DNA of 64,000 bases from Heteronotia binoei (taxonomy: Eukaryota), in contig NC_083243.1 of NCBI RefSeq assembly GCF_032191835.1, forward strand, positions 54,808,001 to 54,872,000, in the 5' to 3' direction. Of the stretch, positions 63,659 through 64,000 are shown piece by piece; the first letter of the stretch is position 1; every line of letters begins with the position of its first letter. Position numbers and translations under genes: made by a program. Under the pieces are notes generated by a model. The model was not told where the DNA came from. It saw only the letters and a program-made list of their open reading frames with translations, and did no database searches.

Positions 63659-63853
63659 ACAGAGTCAATAATCAGGGCCTGTAGACAAAGGCCTCCTATG
63701 ATTGGTATTCAGAGGTCTGATGCCTCTGAGTATAGAGGTTTGCTTTAGTCACCCCGGCATGTGTCACCATGGTTCAGAATGCTTTAGTCCACCATCGCTT
63801 TAGTCATCATGGTCCAGAGTGCAGCCATGCAGATTATGATAGGGATCCCTCCA

Positions 63854-64000
63854 TCTCTCTCTCTCTCTCTCTCTCTCGGCTTGGCTTTGCGAACGAAGAT
63901 TTAAGAAGGGTGCAATAGTCCACGTCTGCTGCAGGCTCGCTGGTGGCTGACAAGACCAATGCGGGACAGGCAGGTCCGGCCACAGTGGCTGCAGGGAAAA
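63854..64000 (-). mobile_element. 3' end of another RTE copy, running off the window
   Basis: Reverse complement of 63114-63243 with 2 mismatches; (GA)12 tail. Confidence 0.93.

Overview
Vertebrate, repeat-rich non-coding DNA. The repeat content points to a squamate reptile, probably a gecko (inferred from Squam3-like and 5S-derived SINEs, CR1/L2/RTE LINEs and TAGGGTTGCC hAT MITEs). I found no recognisable host protein exon, functional rRNA/tRNA gene or CRISPR array. All convincing coding sequence is transposon-derived. (i) A PIF/Harbinger element (~33450-37245, minus) has an uninterrupted 2-exon, 434-aa DDE transposase plus a Myb/SANT gene, and a near-perfect palindromic MITE sharing its TIR sits at 63374-63658. 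(ii) 5'-truncated CR1 (6310-7556), L2 (9643-11088) and RTE (60045-63241) LINEs are present. The most unusual structure is a 3.9-kb segment (41011-44898) bounded by perfect 15-bp hAT-type TIRs and a perfect 8-bp TSD. Its interior is not a transposase but host-like DNA including a CpG-island/promoter-like region, making it a candidate Pack-TIR. Also notable: a TSD-bounded 674-bp element ending in the RTE 3' end (candidate internally deleted RTE/SINE), hAT MITEs with shared ends but different interiors, templated or duplicated DNA at three LINE 5' junctions, a 1.3-kb solo LTR, an L2-in-L2 insertion and a fold-back duplication. Coordinates and mismatch counts were read by hand; boundaries without a TSD are approximate.
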